The notes beneath the pieces were generated by a model. It searched no databases. It was not told the origin of the DNA and saw only the letters and a list, made by a program, of their open reading frames with translations. A stretch of DNA of 64,000 bases, taken from the NCBI RefSeq assembly GCF_018350175.1, contig NC_058377.1, positions 108,438,001-108,502,000 on the forward strand. The letters are read 5' to 3'. This DNA is from Felis catus (lineage: Eukaryota). Below are positions 42,050 through 54,700 of the stretch, one piece after another. The position numbers and the translations under genes were made by a program. Each line of letters begins with the position of its first letter. The stretch's first letter is position 1.

Positions 42050-42750
42050 CCAGGGCAATGCTCGAGAGGGCGGCACCAAGTTGTTGGTTGCTCTCTCCCC
42101 TGGCCCCCGCGTCCGCACCGCCTCGGCGCGCTGCGAGCCGGCGCTGCGGACCGGGCGTCCCCCTCGTACCCCTCCCCTCCCCGCCAACCGCGGTAGAGGC
42201 GCGAGGCCCCGGAAGCCGGGCCGCCCCGCCCCCCGCTCCCGCCCGGGCCCCGGCCCCCGCCCCCGCCCCCGCCGGAGCCCCGCCCGCCTTCCGACGGGGG
42301 TGCGGCTCCAGGAAACGGCGCGCTCGCCGCTCAGCGCTCCAGCGACCCGACGCGCCCCGGACAACCCGCCGACTCAGCCGGACCACCCGGCGGGCCCCAG
42401 CGGCCTCCCCGGGGAGATCGGCCCCGGGTCCGAGCCTCGGACATCTCCGACGGACGGGACGGGCGGCTCGGATAGCAGCCCCGGAGGCCATGGGGACCCA
42501 GGGCCGGCCAGCGGTCTCGGGCCAGCGGGAGCCCAGAGTCTGAGGATCCGGCGGCGGGGGCGGCGGGGGCCATGACCTCGGTGTGGAAGCGCCTGCAGCG
42601 CGTGGGCAAGCGGGCCGCCAAGTTCCAGTTTGTGGCCTGTTACCACGAGCTGGTGGTGGAGTGCACCAAGAAATGGTGAGTGACAGGGAGGCCTGGGGGA
42701 CTCCGCGGGCTGGCCGGGACCCTGTGGCGGCGCCGTTAAAGCCTGAGAGA
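42050..42750. promoter_or_regulatory. EHBP1L1: EHBP1L1 promoter CpG island
   Basis: Multiple CCCCGCCCC GC boxes and an ETS-like CCGGAAG upstream of exon 1. Confidence 0.85.
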
Positions 42751-45700
42751 ACCCTGCCCCCAACCCAGGGGCCCAACAGGCCCCTTGCCCCACCTTGGGC
42801 CCTGGCGTCCCAGACAGAGATTCAAAAGTGCCTCTGCAGTTTGTGGGGCCCCTAGACTTGGTGGTGTGGGTAGCTGTTGGGGAGTGGAGGTCAGAATTTG
42901 CAGGCCTGGGAATCTGTCTGTCTGTTGCCCACACCTTCCTCGGCTGCGCTCAGGGCTGGGGGAAGGGAGGCCTCCTGTTTTTTTGACCAGAGGGATGGTT
43001 CCGGGTGGCATCGGAAAAGGGAGCAAATTTTGAGGTCTGCGGGTGGCCAGGCCGCGGCAGAAACCTCCATCGACGGGTCCAGCTCAGAACAAGGATGTTG
43101 CCCCCTCCCCCTCTGCCCACTCGTTGAGCCAGAGGAACACGCACGCACACACGCAGGCCTCAGCCAGAGTGGATGCTGGGAGGCTGGATAAGTCTCCACA
43201 ATGTCCTTAAAAGGGGAAACTGAGTACTGAGAGGGATGAGGAGGGAGGCAGGGATCGGCTTAAAGGGGCCTGAGGGCCTAGAAGGTTGTGAGTCTGGGAG
43301 GAGAGAGGGCCTAGGGAGGGCGAGGTGGCCCGGTCAGGGGGAGATGTGTGAGAGAGCACAGAACCTGGCTCAGACTGCCAAAGGAGCCGGGGGCATCTTG
43401 TTCACATGGCTCCCACCCGCAGCTGCCCGGACCCCTGCGTCACACCCTAAATATACGTGCTCACTGGTGTCGGCTTCCCTTGGCTGGATTAGGGCACAGC
43501 TGTGGGGGCCTCGCCCGCCAGGCGGGGCTAAATTTAGGCTCCCAAGAGAAAGCTGCTGGGGCAGGAAGGGATCATGGGGTCCAAAGGGAGGGGAGTGAGC
43601 AGGAGGCTAGGGTCCCTTGGGCAGCAGCCAGATCCGTGGTTTTGACTGGGCCAGCTGGAGGGCCCTTCACTCCATTTGGCGAGGCCCAGAGAAGACAGGG
43701 GCTGACTAGGGTAACACAGCACAGGGCTAGGACTTGAACTCTGGTCTCTGGCTTCTACCTTCTGCCCCAGCATCCAGGATGAGCCCAAGGGGACGCTGGG
43801 CATGGTCCCAGAGAGCAGGCCTAGGGTGCGGGCAGTGTCAATGCATCTGAGTCACGGGGGTGGGCAGGGCCTACTGGGCTTCTGAGCTAGGAGCCCAGGC
43901 TAGGAAGCTGCCCCTGCCCAGATCTCAGGCTCCCCAGGAGGGCGTGCCTGGCCTGAGTCAGGCTGCCCAGCCAGGCCCCGCCCTCTCTAGGCACCCCTGT
44001 CTGCTTCCCCTTTCTGGGAAGGCCCCGTGGTGGTTACTTTTGCTCAGCCATCACCTGCAGTTTGGGGTTGGGGAGAGGAGCTTGGCTGCAGGCTGGCGGG
44101 CTCTGCGCTTGGCTTTGTTACTTTGCCTGGCTCCCAACCTCTCCGGGCCTCAGGATTCTCAGGGGTTGACGGGAGAGCCATTTATCCTGGCCCCGCCTAC
44201 AGAGGGGCAGTGAGGTGGGTGAACCTAAGTGCCCTGGCCTGGGGCCGGGTGCAGGCAAAGAGGGCTCTTGTACTGCCCTCGGCCTGATGGTCCCCTCAAC
44301 CACCCCCACCCTCGTGGGCAGCACTTGGACCCTCTAACCCAAAAGGACCTTCTCCCCGCACCCACGTGTTATCGCTGTGGGGCTGGGCCCTGCACGGGCA
44401 ACTCTTGGCCCTTGTTTTGTCTGTCTCTTCACGTCTCTGCCTCTTCTCTGAGTCGGCCCCGGTGTATGCAGTTGGTTTGGATGTCACCTTCTGGAAGTCT
44501 TTCTTGATGCCCCTTGTGGGAGTCAGGGGCCCTGCAGAGCTAGAGTCCAGGGCTCTGGGTTTGAGAGGTGGGGGCATGGCTGGCTCTCAGGGCCTCTGAC
44601 CCCAGCGAAGGGCTGGACGTGGAAGGCCCTGGGTGGTTGTCTGATGACAAACTGACCCTGTGTGTCTCTGATCACCTCCCACCCTCTGCCCCTCGCTCTG
44701 ATCCCGAGCCCCCACCCCCCCTGCTCCGTCCCCAACCTCGGACCGTTGCACTTGCCATCCCTTCTGGAACCCTCCTTCTCCAGAGCCTCACGAGCTTGTC
44801 CCTCCCCCACTCATGCCTTGCTCAGACACCCCAAGTTCAAGGAGACCCCAGTGGCTCTCTCCCATCTCCCTGAAGCCAGCTTGTTCACTTTTTTTCTTTC
44901 TTGATTGGCCCTCCACCCCTACCTCTGTTGTCCTCAGCCCCCGAAAGGGTCTCATTTCTTCTGTGCTCTGCTCTGCCCCTAAACCGGGCTGGGCTCACAG
45001 TGCGCACTCCCCACATATTTGTGAGTGATGGGGTTTGTTTTCCTCCAAGTCTGTCTCTCCCTGTGTCTCTAAGTCTGTGTGTCTCTTGCAGGGTCCTCGC
45101 TGTGTTTATGTGTATCTCCCTGTCTCTGTGTGTGCCTGTCTCTCTATATGTCTCTGTCTCTCTGGCTGCCTGTCTTCATAATCCCTGGCGGCCCACACAC
45201 ATCTGGGCCTTTGCCCTTCTGCCCTGGGCCTCACCCTGCCTCAAGCAGCTCCACCCTGCTCCTGGAGGCTCCAGATAATGGGCTGTCCAGTCCCTCTCCT
45301 GGGCGAGGAGGGTGTGGGCAGAAGGAAGACCCCGGAGGAGATGGAGAGGCTGGGCGAGTGGGCCCGACTGAGTAGCCCCCTCTCTCCCCACCCCTAGGCA
45401 ACCGGATAAGCTGGTGGTGGTATGGACCCGGCGGAACAGACGCATCTGCTCCAAGGTGGGGGAGGTTGTCAGCTGGGGGGTCCAGGTTGGGGGTGAGGCC
45501 AACAGTGGGTGTGGGGTAAGTGGGTGAGGACTGATGGGAGAGTGGAGTCGGCTTCGGGTTTGGACCAGAATCCGCAGAAAGGGGGCTCCTGGGTGGCTCA
45601 GTTGGTTGAAACTCCGACTTGGGCTCAGGTCACCATCTCGTGCTTCACGAGTTGGGAGCCCGCGTTGGGCTTGCTGCTGTCATCTTGAGGCTGCTTCGGA

Positions 45701-48700
45701 TCCTCTGTCCCCCTCTCTCTGTGCCCCTCCCCTGCTCGTGCTCTCTCTCTCTCTCTCTCTCTCTCTAAAAACTAAATCAATGCTAGGGCACCTGGGTGGC
45801 TCAGTCGGTTAAGCATCTAACTTCGGCTCGGGTCATGATCTCGTGGTTCGGGGGTTCGAGCCCAGCATCGGGCTCTGTGCTGACAGCTCAGAGGCTGGAG
45901 CCTCCTTCGGATTCTGTGTCCCCCTTCTCTCTCTGCCCTCCCTTGCTTGTGCTCTCTCTCTCAAAACTAAATAAACATTAAAAAAAAAAAAAAACAACAG
46001 AATCCACAGAATGGAGAGCAAGATGAGGTCAAGTTTGGGGATAAGGACAGGGGACAAGGGGAGACTCAAGAGTCAGGGGAGGCTTCAGACTGCTCATTGT
46101 AGGCCCACAGCTGGCAGCCAGGCATCCAGAACCCATACCGGGGCACCGTGGTGTGGATGGTTCCAGAGAATGTGGACATCTCTGTGACCCTATACAGGGT
46201 GAGTCTCTAACCTTCCTGAGTAGGTGGGAGTGGGAGGGGCCGATTACAACCCAGGCAGCCACGAGGGATCCCAGTGTGTTATCCATCCAACTCAGAACGG
46301 AGGGGTGAGGCCAAGAAGCCAGATGGGGGTGGGGGTAGCCTGCTCAGGGTGGGTGGCCCAGGAGGTCTCTCTGGAGCGGGTAGCATGCACACATAGCTGC
46401 TAGAAGCAGCGTGAGAGACGGCTGGCCCTTCTCCCCGTACCGCCCTCACCCCAGCAGCCCCTGTACTCACCAGTTCCCCCTTTTCCCAGGACCCTCACGT
46501 GGACCAGTACGAGGCCAAAGAGTGGACGTTTATTATTGAGAATGTGAGTGGCTGGGCAGGCCGGGGCTTGGGCTCTTGGGGCCTCGGGGGCGGCACTGAT
46601 GCTCCTCCCCCCGGCCCTTCTCCCCGGCCCACAGGAATCCAAGGGGCAGCGGAAGGTGCTGGCCACCGCAGAGGTGGACCTGGCCCGCCATGCGGGGCCC
46701 GTGCCTGCCCCAGTCCCCCTGCGGCTGCGGCTGAAGCCCAAGTCGGTGAAGGTGGTGCACGCGGAGCTGAGCCTCACTCTCTCGGGGGTTCTGCTGCGCG
46801 AGGGCCGTGCCACGTGAGTGCCCATCCTCCTCCCTTGGCCTTAGTCTGTAATCTCTGTCCCCAGCCCCGACCCCTGACCTCTGACCCCCCCACCCCCAGG
46901 GACGATGATATGCAGAGTCTTGCGAGCCTCATGAGCGTGAAGCCTAGTGACGTGGGCAACCTGGACGACTTCGCTGAGAGTGACGAGGAGGAGGCCAATG
47001 GTCCAGGTGCCCCTGAGGCACGGGCTCGTGTCCCCCAGCCAGGTGGGCTCACAGCCTACCATGGACTGAGATCTCCAAGACCTAGGGAGGGTGGGGGATA
47101 AGCCCGCCCATAAGCCCCTCGCTGTGTCGGGCCAGGGCCTGCCTTGAGCACGCCCAGTGAGGGGGCTCACTACGGCCCGGGGAAGCCCCAACCTGCCCCG
47201 GCAGCCCTGACTGTCCAAACTTGGCTCCTGGTCCTGCGGCGGCCTGGGTTCTTGGCTGAGTCCTGCAGGATGGGTTCCCAGAGCCGCTGGCCCTCTCATC
47301 AGCCCTGAGCGGGTACCTGCCCGGAGACGGCAGGGCCAAACGCGCAGAGGGGAGTCTGATCTCCCCAGCCCTCGCCACCCACCCTGGCCCTCCTCACTGG
47401 CTTCCTCATCCCTCCCTTTTGCTTGTTAAGGCTTTGTTTCTGTCTGTCCTTGTGGTTCTCTCTCTCTCTTTCTCTGCATCCGAGGGCCTGTCTCTTCTCG
47501 CAGGCCGGGGCGGTGCCCTGAGGCTGGGGCGTTTCCCAGGTAGGCCCAGGACTCTGGTTGGGGGGAGGGGGTCAGACCTGCAGGGCCCTCCCCTGGGCTG
47601 ACCTGCCCCCCCACCATCCCCACCCCAGATCCCCCTCGGGAGCTGAAGACACTTTGTGAGGAGGAGGAGGAGGGCCGGGCCCAGCACCAGCAGGCAGGTG
47701 AGGCCCAGGCTCAGGTTGGGACCGGGGAGGGAATGGACCTCCAGCCTCAGGGCCCAGGCCTCAGCACCCCTCCCTTCCTTCCTCCCCAGCTGCCAACCCC
47801 TCTAGTGTGGAGGATACCAGCCCGGCCCCTGTGAGTGCCCCTGCGCCCCCAGCCAGGACCTCCCAGGGCCAGGGGTCTGAAAGAGCTACTGTAGCAGGGG
47901 GCCAGGTGGGCCTCAAGGCCCCAAGGCCCCCGGGAACCCCACCAGAGAAGAGGTGAGCTTTGGCACGAGCCTGTCCCCCGCCCACTGTTAGAAAGCTGCA
48001 CACCTACCAGCGTGCCTTTCCAGGGCCCTAAGAACCTGAAGGGCGGGGATGGGGCTAAAAATGCTCTCTCCTGCTCTCTCCTCAGGTCTTCAAGACAGCC
48101 AGGCCAGGAGGTGGCCCCCACCCCAGCCCCTCGGCTCCGGAAAGGCTCTGATGCCCCCTGGCCCCTAGTCCCCCAAGGGGAAGATGAGGCTCCCAAAGCC
48201 TCAGGGGATCCCCCAGCAGGAGTGCGTTCTTCTGGGCAGACCCAGGCCCAGGAAAGCCCGCAGGAAGGGACAGAGGCTCAGGGAGCCAGGCTGGCCCCAG
48301 GCATTGAGGGTGGAGGCTCCAGAGACTCTTTGGGAGGGCAGAAACCTAAGGTTAAGGGGAGGAGCGCTGGGGATAGGCAGGGGGCTGGGGGGACGGACAC
48401 TGAGCAGGAGTCAGGAGTCAGAGAGGTGAACACTAAGAGGTCAGACGTCAGAGCCAGGGAGGCTGAAGAGAGTTTAGAAGGGAGTCAAGTGGATACTGAG
48501 CAGATGTCAAAGGTGAGACATGTGGACACTGAGGGACCAGAGGCTGTAGGGGTGATGTCTGAGGCAAGATTCAAGGGGACTCCCGAGGCTCCTCCAAGGG
48601 GCTCTCAGGGGAAGACAGGGGTCAGGACCAGGGATGAGGCTCCCACAGTCCTGAGCCCACCCCCAGCAGACCCTGCAGGGCACACCAGGCGTCTCAGTGA

Positions 48701-51700
48701 CCTCAGTGGGGCCAGGGCTGCTGCAGGCCAGGAGAGAGAGGGTGCAGAGGTGAGAGGCAGAGCCCCTGGTGTTGGGGGGACAGGCCTGGAGCAGGGTCCC
48801 TCTGTTGGAGCAGCAAGCACCAGGCCCCAGGTGAGCGAGTACCAGGGAGCCCCACCAGCAACTGACCAGGGGGTGATGTCTAGGGATCTGGGGGTCTGGG
48901 AGGCAGAGACTCGGGATTCAAGGGTCCTGGGAACAGAGACGGGGGTGGCAGAGTCAGAGGTACTGGGGACCCAGGAGACCGAAGTGGAGGGATCAGGGTT
49001 CCCAGAGATAGAGATGGGGACAGCAGAAGCCACGGCGTTGGGGGCCCAGGAGACACAGATCGTGAGATCAGGGCTCCTAGAGTCAGAGACTGCTGGGATG
49101 GCAGAGTCTGAGGAACTGGGAGCCCAGAAAACAGAGGCTGAGGGTTCAGGGTTTCTGGGGACAAAGACTAGAATGGCAGAGACTGAGATATTGGGGACCC
49201 AGGAGATAGCTGGTGGTTCAGGGATACTGAGGATAGAAGCTGAGATAGCAGAATGTGAAATATTGGGGGCCCAGGAGACAGAGGTGGGAGGTTCCCGGAT
49301 GCCAGAGATAGAAGCTGGGACGGCAGAGGCTGAGATACTGGAAACCCAAGAGGCTGAGGTGGGGGGTTCAGGGATAAAGTCTGAGACAGCAGGGACCCGG
49401 GAAACAGAGGTAGGGGGCTCAGGGATCCCAGGGTTTGAGACTGAGACAGCAGCAGCTGAGATACCGGGGACCCAGGAGATAGAAGCTGGGGGTTCAGGGG
49501 TTCCCAGGATAGAAAATCAGATAGCAGGAGCCCTGGAGACAGAGGTGGGGGGTTCAAGGGTTTCAGGGCCAGGAGTTGGAAGGGCAGAGGCTGAGGGACT
49601 GGGGACTCAACAGACAGAAACGACAGTTTTAGAGGCTGAGAAGGACAAGGCTAAGACTTTGGGGGTCCAGGAGGCAGAGACTGGGCTCTGGGAGACTCTC
49701 CAATATGAAGCTTTGCAGGATTCCATCACTAAGCGTGGAGTTTTAGGGCCCCAGGGAGCAGAGGCAGAGACCACAGTTTTGAGGGCCCAGGAGGCAGAAG
49801 CTGAGGTGCTGGGAGTTTCAGAGGCCAAGTCTGGGGCTTGGGGGGCCCAGGAAGCAGAGACGGAGATTTTAGGGCCTCCAGAGAACGAATCTGGTATTTT
49901 TGAGGCCCAGGAAGCAGAGGCCGGGTTCTCAGGGACTGAGCAGGGACAAGAAGCTGAGGGAAACCTCCCGGAGGCCAGCCTGATTGAGGTGCAGGTGGCC
50001 AGCGGGGCAGGGGCTGGGGTCCCCAAGCCCTCGGGGGCCTCTTCCCCAGAGGAGCCTGAAGAGGACGGGAGGCTGCCAGGCAGCCAGGTAGGGATGGGGG
50101 CCGCCGAGGGCCCAGTCCGCTGCTTTCCACTAACCTGGGGCTGAGCTAACGGCGGCTCTGCATGGACCCACCTGGTCGACTGGGGTGCGGTGGGATAGGG
50201 GCTCAGCTTCAAGGAGCCCCCCTCACCCTCTCCTCTCTCAGGATGCCCTGGCTCCCCCATCTGTCTTCCCTGGGCTGCATGGACCCGGACACCCCTAAGC
50301 TGATTTTCTGGGCTGACCTTGAGGTGTGGCTGCTGGTGACCTCTGATCTTGCCTGGGGGCCACTGACCTTTTAGGTGACCTTGGTAGATAACCACAGAGC
50401 TGGAAACCCTTTGCCTAGTCCCAAGGCTCTGGCCAGTGGTCTCTGGTGACCCCTGCAAACCCAGAGCCAGGGCTATTCTGTGCCCAGGGGTCAGAGGGTA
50501 TACAGGTCCTCCGTTCACATTCCCTGAGCCCATCCCTGTGTCCCTAGGCACCACGTGCTCTGGTCAGCTCCAGTCAATCCCTGCTGGAGTGGTGCCAGGA
50601 AGTCACCGCTGGCTACCGTGGTGTCCGAGTCACCAACTTCACTACATCTTGGCGCAACGGCTTGGCCTTCTGTGCCATCCTGCACCGATTCTACCCAGAC
50701 AAGATGTGAGCGGCCAGAGGGGGTGGGAATGAATGAGGGAGCCTGCTGGGAGGGCAGTGTGATTTCAGCCTCTGACGGGCCCTCTCTCTGCAGCGACTAC
50801 GCCTCCCTGGACCCACTCAACATCAAGCAGAACAACAAGCAGGTGAGATGGAGAGGGAGCGATGCCTGGGGGGAAAGGGTCTGGAGCCAGGCCGTAGATC
50901 CAACACTTAGGGTCCGTCTGTCCTTAGGAGAGGGACCTACGGGCTGCAGGGCCCCAGCAAGTGGGTTTGGGAAGTTCTGTCACTTTTTTACCCTCTTGGT
51001 CTTTAAACTGTTCGTTTTTCTTAGTTTTGTTTTGTTTTAAAGCCTATTTCCCCCAGATGGTTTTTCCAAAACCGCCCTTTGGTGTGCAGTTGCTGGGTGA
51101 CGCGGGGGCGGGCCCTGTTGCTAGATTTCCCCCAATAGAAGGGTGAAGGCGTTGCTAGGCAAAACCCCGGCGTGCCGGTCGCGGGGATTCCTCCGGCGGT
51201 CCTGGGCGGGGCCGCAGCGTCGCTGGGTAACACCCGCCGCCGCCGCCGCTGATCCCCAGCGCACCGTTCCTAGGCCTTCGATGGCTTCGCGGCTCTGGGC
51301 GTGTCGCGGCTGCTGGAGCCGGCGGACATGGTGCTGCTGTCGGTGCCCGACAAGCTCATCGTCATGACGTACCTGTGCCAGATCCGCGCCTTCTGCACCG
51401 GGCAGGAGTTGCAGCTGGTGCAGCTGGAGGGCGGCGGCGGCGCTGGCACGTACCGCGTGGCCAGCGCCCAGCCGAGCCCGCCCGACGGCCTGGACGCCGG
51501 GGGCCTGGCGCAGCGGCTGCGCGAACACCGGGCCGAGGCGCCGGAGGAGCCCAAGGGGCCCAAGGGGCTCAAGGAGCCCGAGAACCGCGCGGACGGGGCG
51601 GCTCCCGAGGCGGCCTCCAAGGACCGCGGTGCGGAGGCCGCCCCGGAGGCGCGCTCCGCGGAAGCCCCTGCCGACGGTCCCGGAGCCCGGGCGTCCGTGC

Positions 51701-54700
51701 CCCCGGCCGAGGGGCTGGTGAACGGGGCGGGGGCGCCGGGCGCCGGGGGCGGCGTGAGGCTGCGGCGGCCGTCGGTCAACGGGGAGGCCGGGCCGGTGCC
51801 CCCGCCCCGCGCGCACGGCTCCTTCTCCCACGTGCGCGACGCCGACCTGCTGAAGAAGAGGCGCTCGCGGCTGCGGAACAGCAACTCCTTCTCGGTGGAA
51901 GACCCGGACGCGGGGGCCGCCGGGGCCGCGGCTGCGGTGAGTGCCCTCCTGTGGCGCGGGGTCGAGGGTGGCCGGGCAGAGAGGGATGGGTCCTGAGGGT
52001 CCCCATGGGCAGAGACGGCGCAGGCGCGGCGGCTTCAGGGCAGCAGGACTCGGCTGGACGCGGCGAGGCGCTTTCTGAGTGCGGGGGCCGTGGTGTCCGG
52101 GAAGAGTCCCCCGGCGGCGGAGTGGGCTTCTGTTCAGGGGACACGTGCAGGCCGAGGCCCCCCAGGCCCAGAGCGGCCTCCTGGGCAGGGTCTCCACCTT
52201 TGCTGCCAGCTTGGAATCTATGCTAATGGTTCTTAATGCCTGACACCCAGGTAGTGGAATCAGGGTTGTAGCAGGAAGTTCCTAGGAGGCTCCGTGGTTG
52301 TCAGCACTCAGCACGCTGCTCTTTAGGGACTGTGAAGTGGGTGGGGGCGTTTCTTTCCCTGCGGTTGGCCCTGGGTCGCTCAGCAGCCACCATTGCCCTG
52401 TAGGCCGGGCAGGGCTTCTGTCCTGAGCGGGGCCAGCCAGGGCCTCCCTGTTCCAAGTATCTCTGATTCGGATCTTTAACTCCAGATCCTGGAGACCCAT
52501 TCTTCTCTGATAATGGGAGGGTGAAGCTGGGAGACCCTGCCTGGTGCCCCCTCCACCCCACTCCCCCAGCCCCTGCATTTCTCAGGTTCGGGTCTCCCAG
52601 GGTATCATATGGTCATTGCACTGAAAGGGAGGTGGTCCCGGAGAAGGCAGGGATTTGCTCAAGGACAAGTGCCACTGAAGTGGCTTCCCAGCTGGGGTTC
52701 CTTCCACCCCCTGCACCCATCCTGCCCACAACAGCAGGGGCAGCCCTGTCAGGCCACTGCAAGCCTTCAGCTGCCCAGGGATGACGTTCCAAAGAAAGGA
52801 GGGAATAAACCGGGAAAGGCTTTCTGGAAGAAGCGGCCACGTGAGCTAGGCTGATAAGATGGGAAGAGATGGTTCTCAAATGGGGGGACCTGCTTAAGTA
52901 AAAGTGTGCTCTTAGCAGGAAAGCTCGGGTCTCCTTTAGGGATCTGCCAGTCATCTCCCACGAGGTCCGCAGGTTTGGAGAGCGGGAGCCTTGAGCGGGT
53001 CAGAGGCACAGCATTGTGAATGAGAGACAGAGAGGGCACCAGAGGCACCCCTAGGAGATGTGATACGCAAGGGCCAGAGGGACACAGTCACCCCTGGCCT
53101 GTCTGTTGTCCTCTGGCCACAGTCTCATTAACATATGTCACTGGCTCCTTAAATCTTAGAGGGGAGGCTCCGTCCTACACCCTTCTCTGCCCAAGTCCCA
53201 GCATTTGGTCCTTCTGAGCCAGGCCCTTCCCGAACCCTTGTCCCACAGGAGATCTGTGACCCACGGGGCTGGAGGGGACTCCTCCTTATTGGCTGTTCCC
53301 ATCCCCCATGCCCTATGCATGCAGTAGGAGGAGGTCAGGCCTGTCCCTGCCCTTGGGAGCTCCCAAAGTCCTGGATGGGATGAAGTCAGGCACCTTGAAG
53401 CTGGGGTGGGGCCGAAGCAACGCCTAGAGGAGGGCAGGGTGCCTCTGGTGCGGCCCAGCAAGGCTTCCTGGAGGAGGGGCCATGCGTGAGGATATAGAAA
53501 GGGGAATTGGGGTCAGACGGGAGGAAGCATTGGAATTCCCATCGGGGCTGAGTGAGTAAGCTCAGTGGCTGCTGAGGTTGGGGTTTCTCCTCCACTCTTC
53601 TGCCTCTGCCTGCTCTGTGGGTGGAGTGCACGCTGCATGCTAGGCCCTGCCCCCATGACCCCTTATTAGGTCCCAACTGACTTCTCACAATGTCCCTTCC
53701 GGGGAGGAATGATTACCCCATTTGCAGGTGGGAACATTGAGGTTCAAGGAGAAAGTTGAGAACACCCGTGAAGCCAGAACTATGAAACGGTGCCCTCTGC
53801 TAGGCTCAGCACTACTGGCTGGCTGGCTGGCTGCGGGACTCTGGGCGAGCCACTTAACCTTTCTGTCCTCTTTCCCTGAGGAGAAGCAGCAAATGCCTAA
53901 GTCCTTCACGGAGTGGCCTTGAGATACTACTTCAGGGTGCCGTCAAGAAAGGGGAACTGTGTTCTTCCCCAGATGCCTTTCTGGAACCCTGCCACCCCCA
54001 GTTTCCACAGGGTCCGGATTTCTCTCACATAAAGACAAACAGAAGCCCAGGGAGTATGACTGGCCCAGAGGCAAACAGCCAGTGGGTGGCCCAGCTTGGG
54101 AACACATCTTTGGATTAGACGGCCCTGGGTCCTAGGCCAGACCTATATGAGCTTCATCTCTGACCTTTGGTGTCCTGTTCTGTGAAGTGGTGATGTTATG
54201 ACCCCCGAATCACAGAGCTCTTGGGGGGACTGGTGGAGTCATTATATGTACCGTGTCCAACGCATCAATGTCTAGTCAACAGCCGCTAATTGGTGGGCCC
54301 TGAGTGCATTCTCTGGGCCCCATCCTGTCTGCCGGGGCTGCCTCTGGGCAGGGAGACACAGATAACCAGCAGCTATGATGGGGGTGCAAGCAGGGATGGG
54401 GGGTGCCTGGGAAGCCATGGAGGGGGGCACTCCCCGGGCCTCAGGAGGGGTGAAGTTCGGGAAGAGAGACAGAAAGCTGTGTGGGAGCCCGAAGGGGCCT
54501 CATGGAGGTGGAGCCGAGCCGGGTCATGAAGGTTGCTGATGTCAGGTTTCCCCAGATAGAGGCCAGTCCAGGCTGAGGAAGCTATTTGGGGAAGCGAAAG
54601 TCCATTGCTATGGCCAACGGCTGGTGTCTGGGTGGGGTCTGGGGTAGTAGGAGTTGAGGCTGGAGCTGCCAACAGGCCTCGGCAACAAGATTGGGCGCTG

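Noticed and set aside
41790-42776. 328-aa minus ORF and neighbours at the EHBP1L1 promoter
   Set aside because: Expected in stop-poor CpG-island sequence; Arg/Gly/Ala/Pro-biased.
48012-50144. 710-aa ORF as a stand-alone novel gene
   Set aside because: It is the large internal EHBP1L1 exon (acceptor 48085, donor 50088) and fits the flanking phases.
51121-52226. 358-aa minus and 283-aa plus ORFs
   Set aside because: Alternative-frame shadows of GC-rich EHBP1L1 exon 12.
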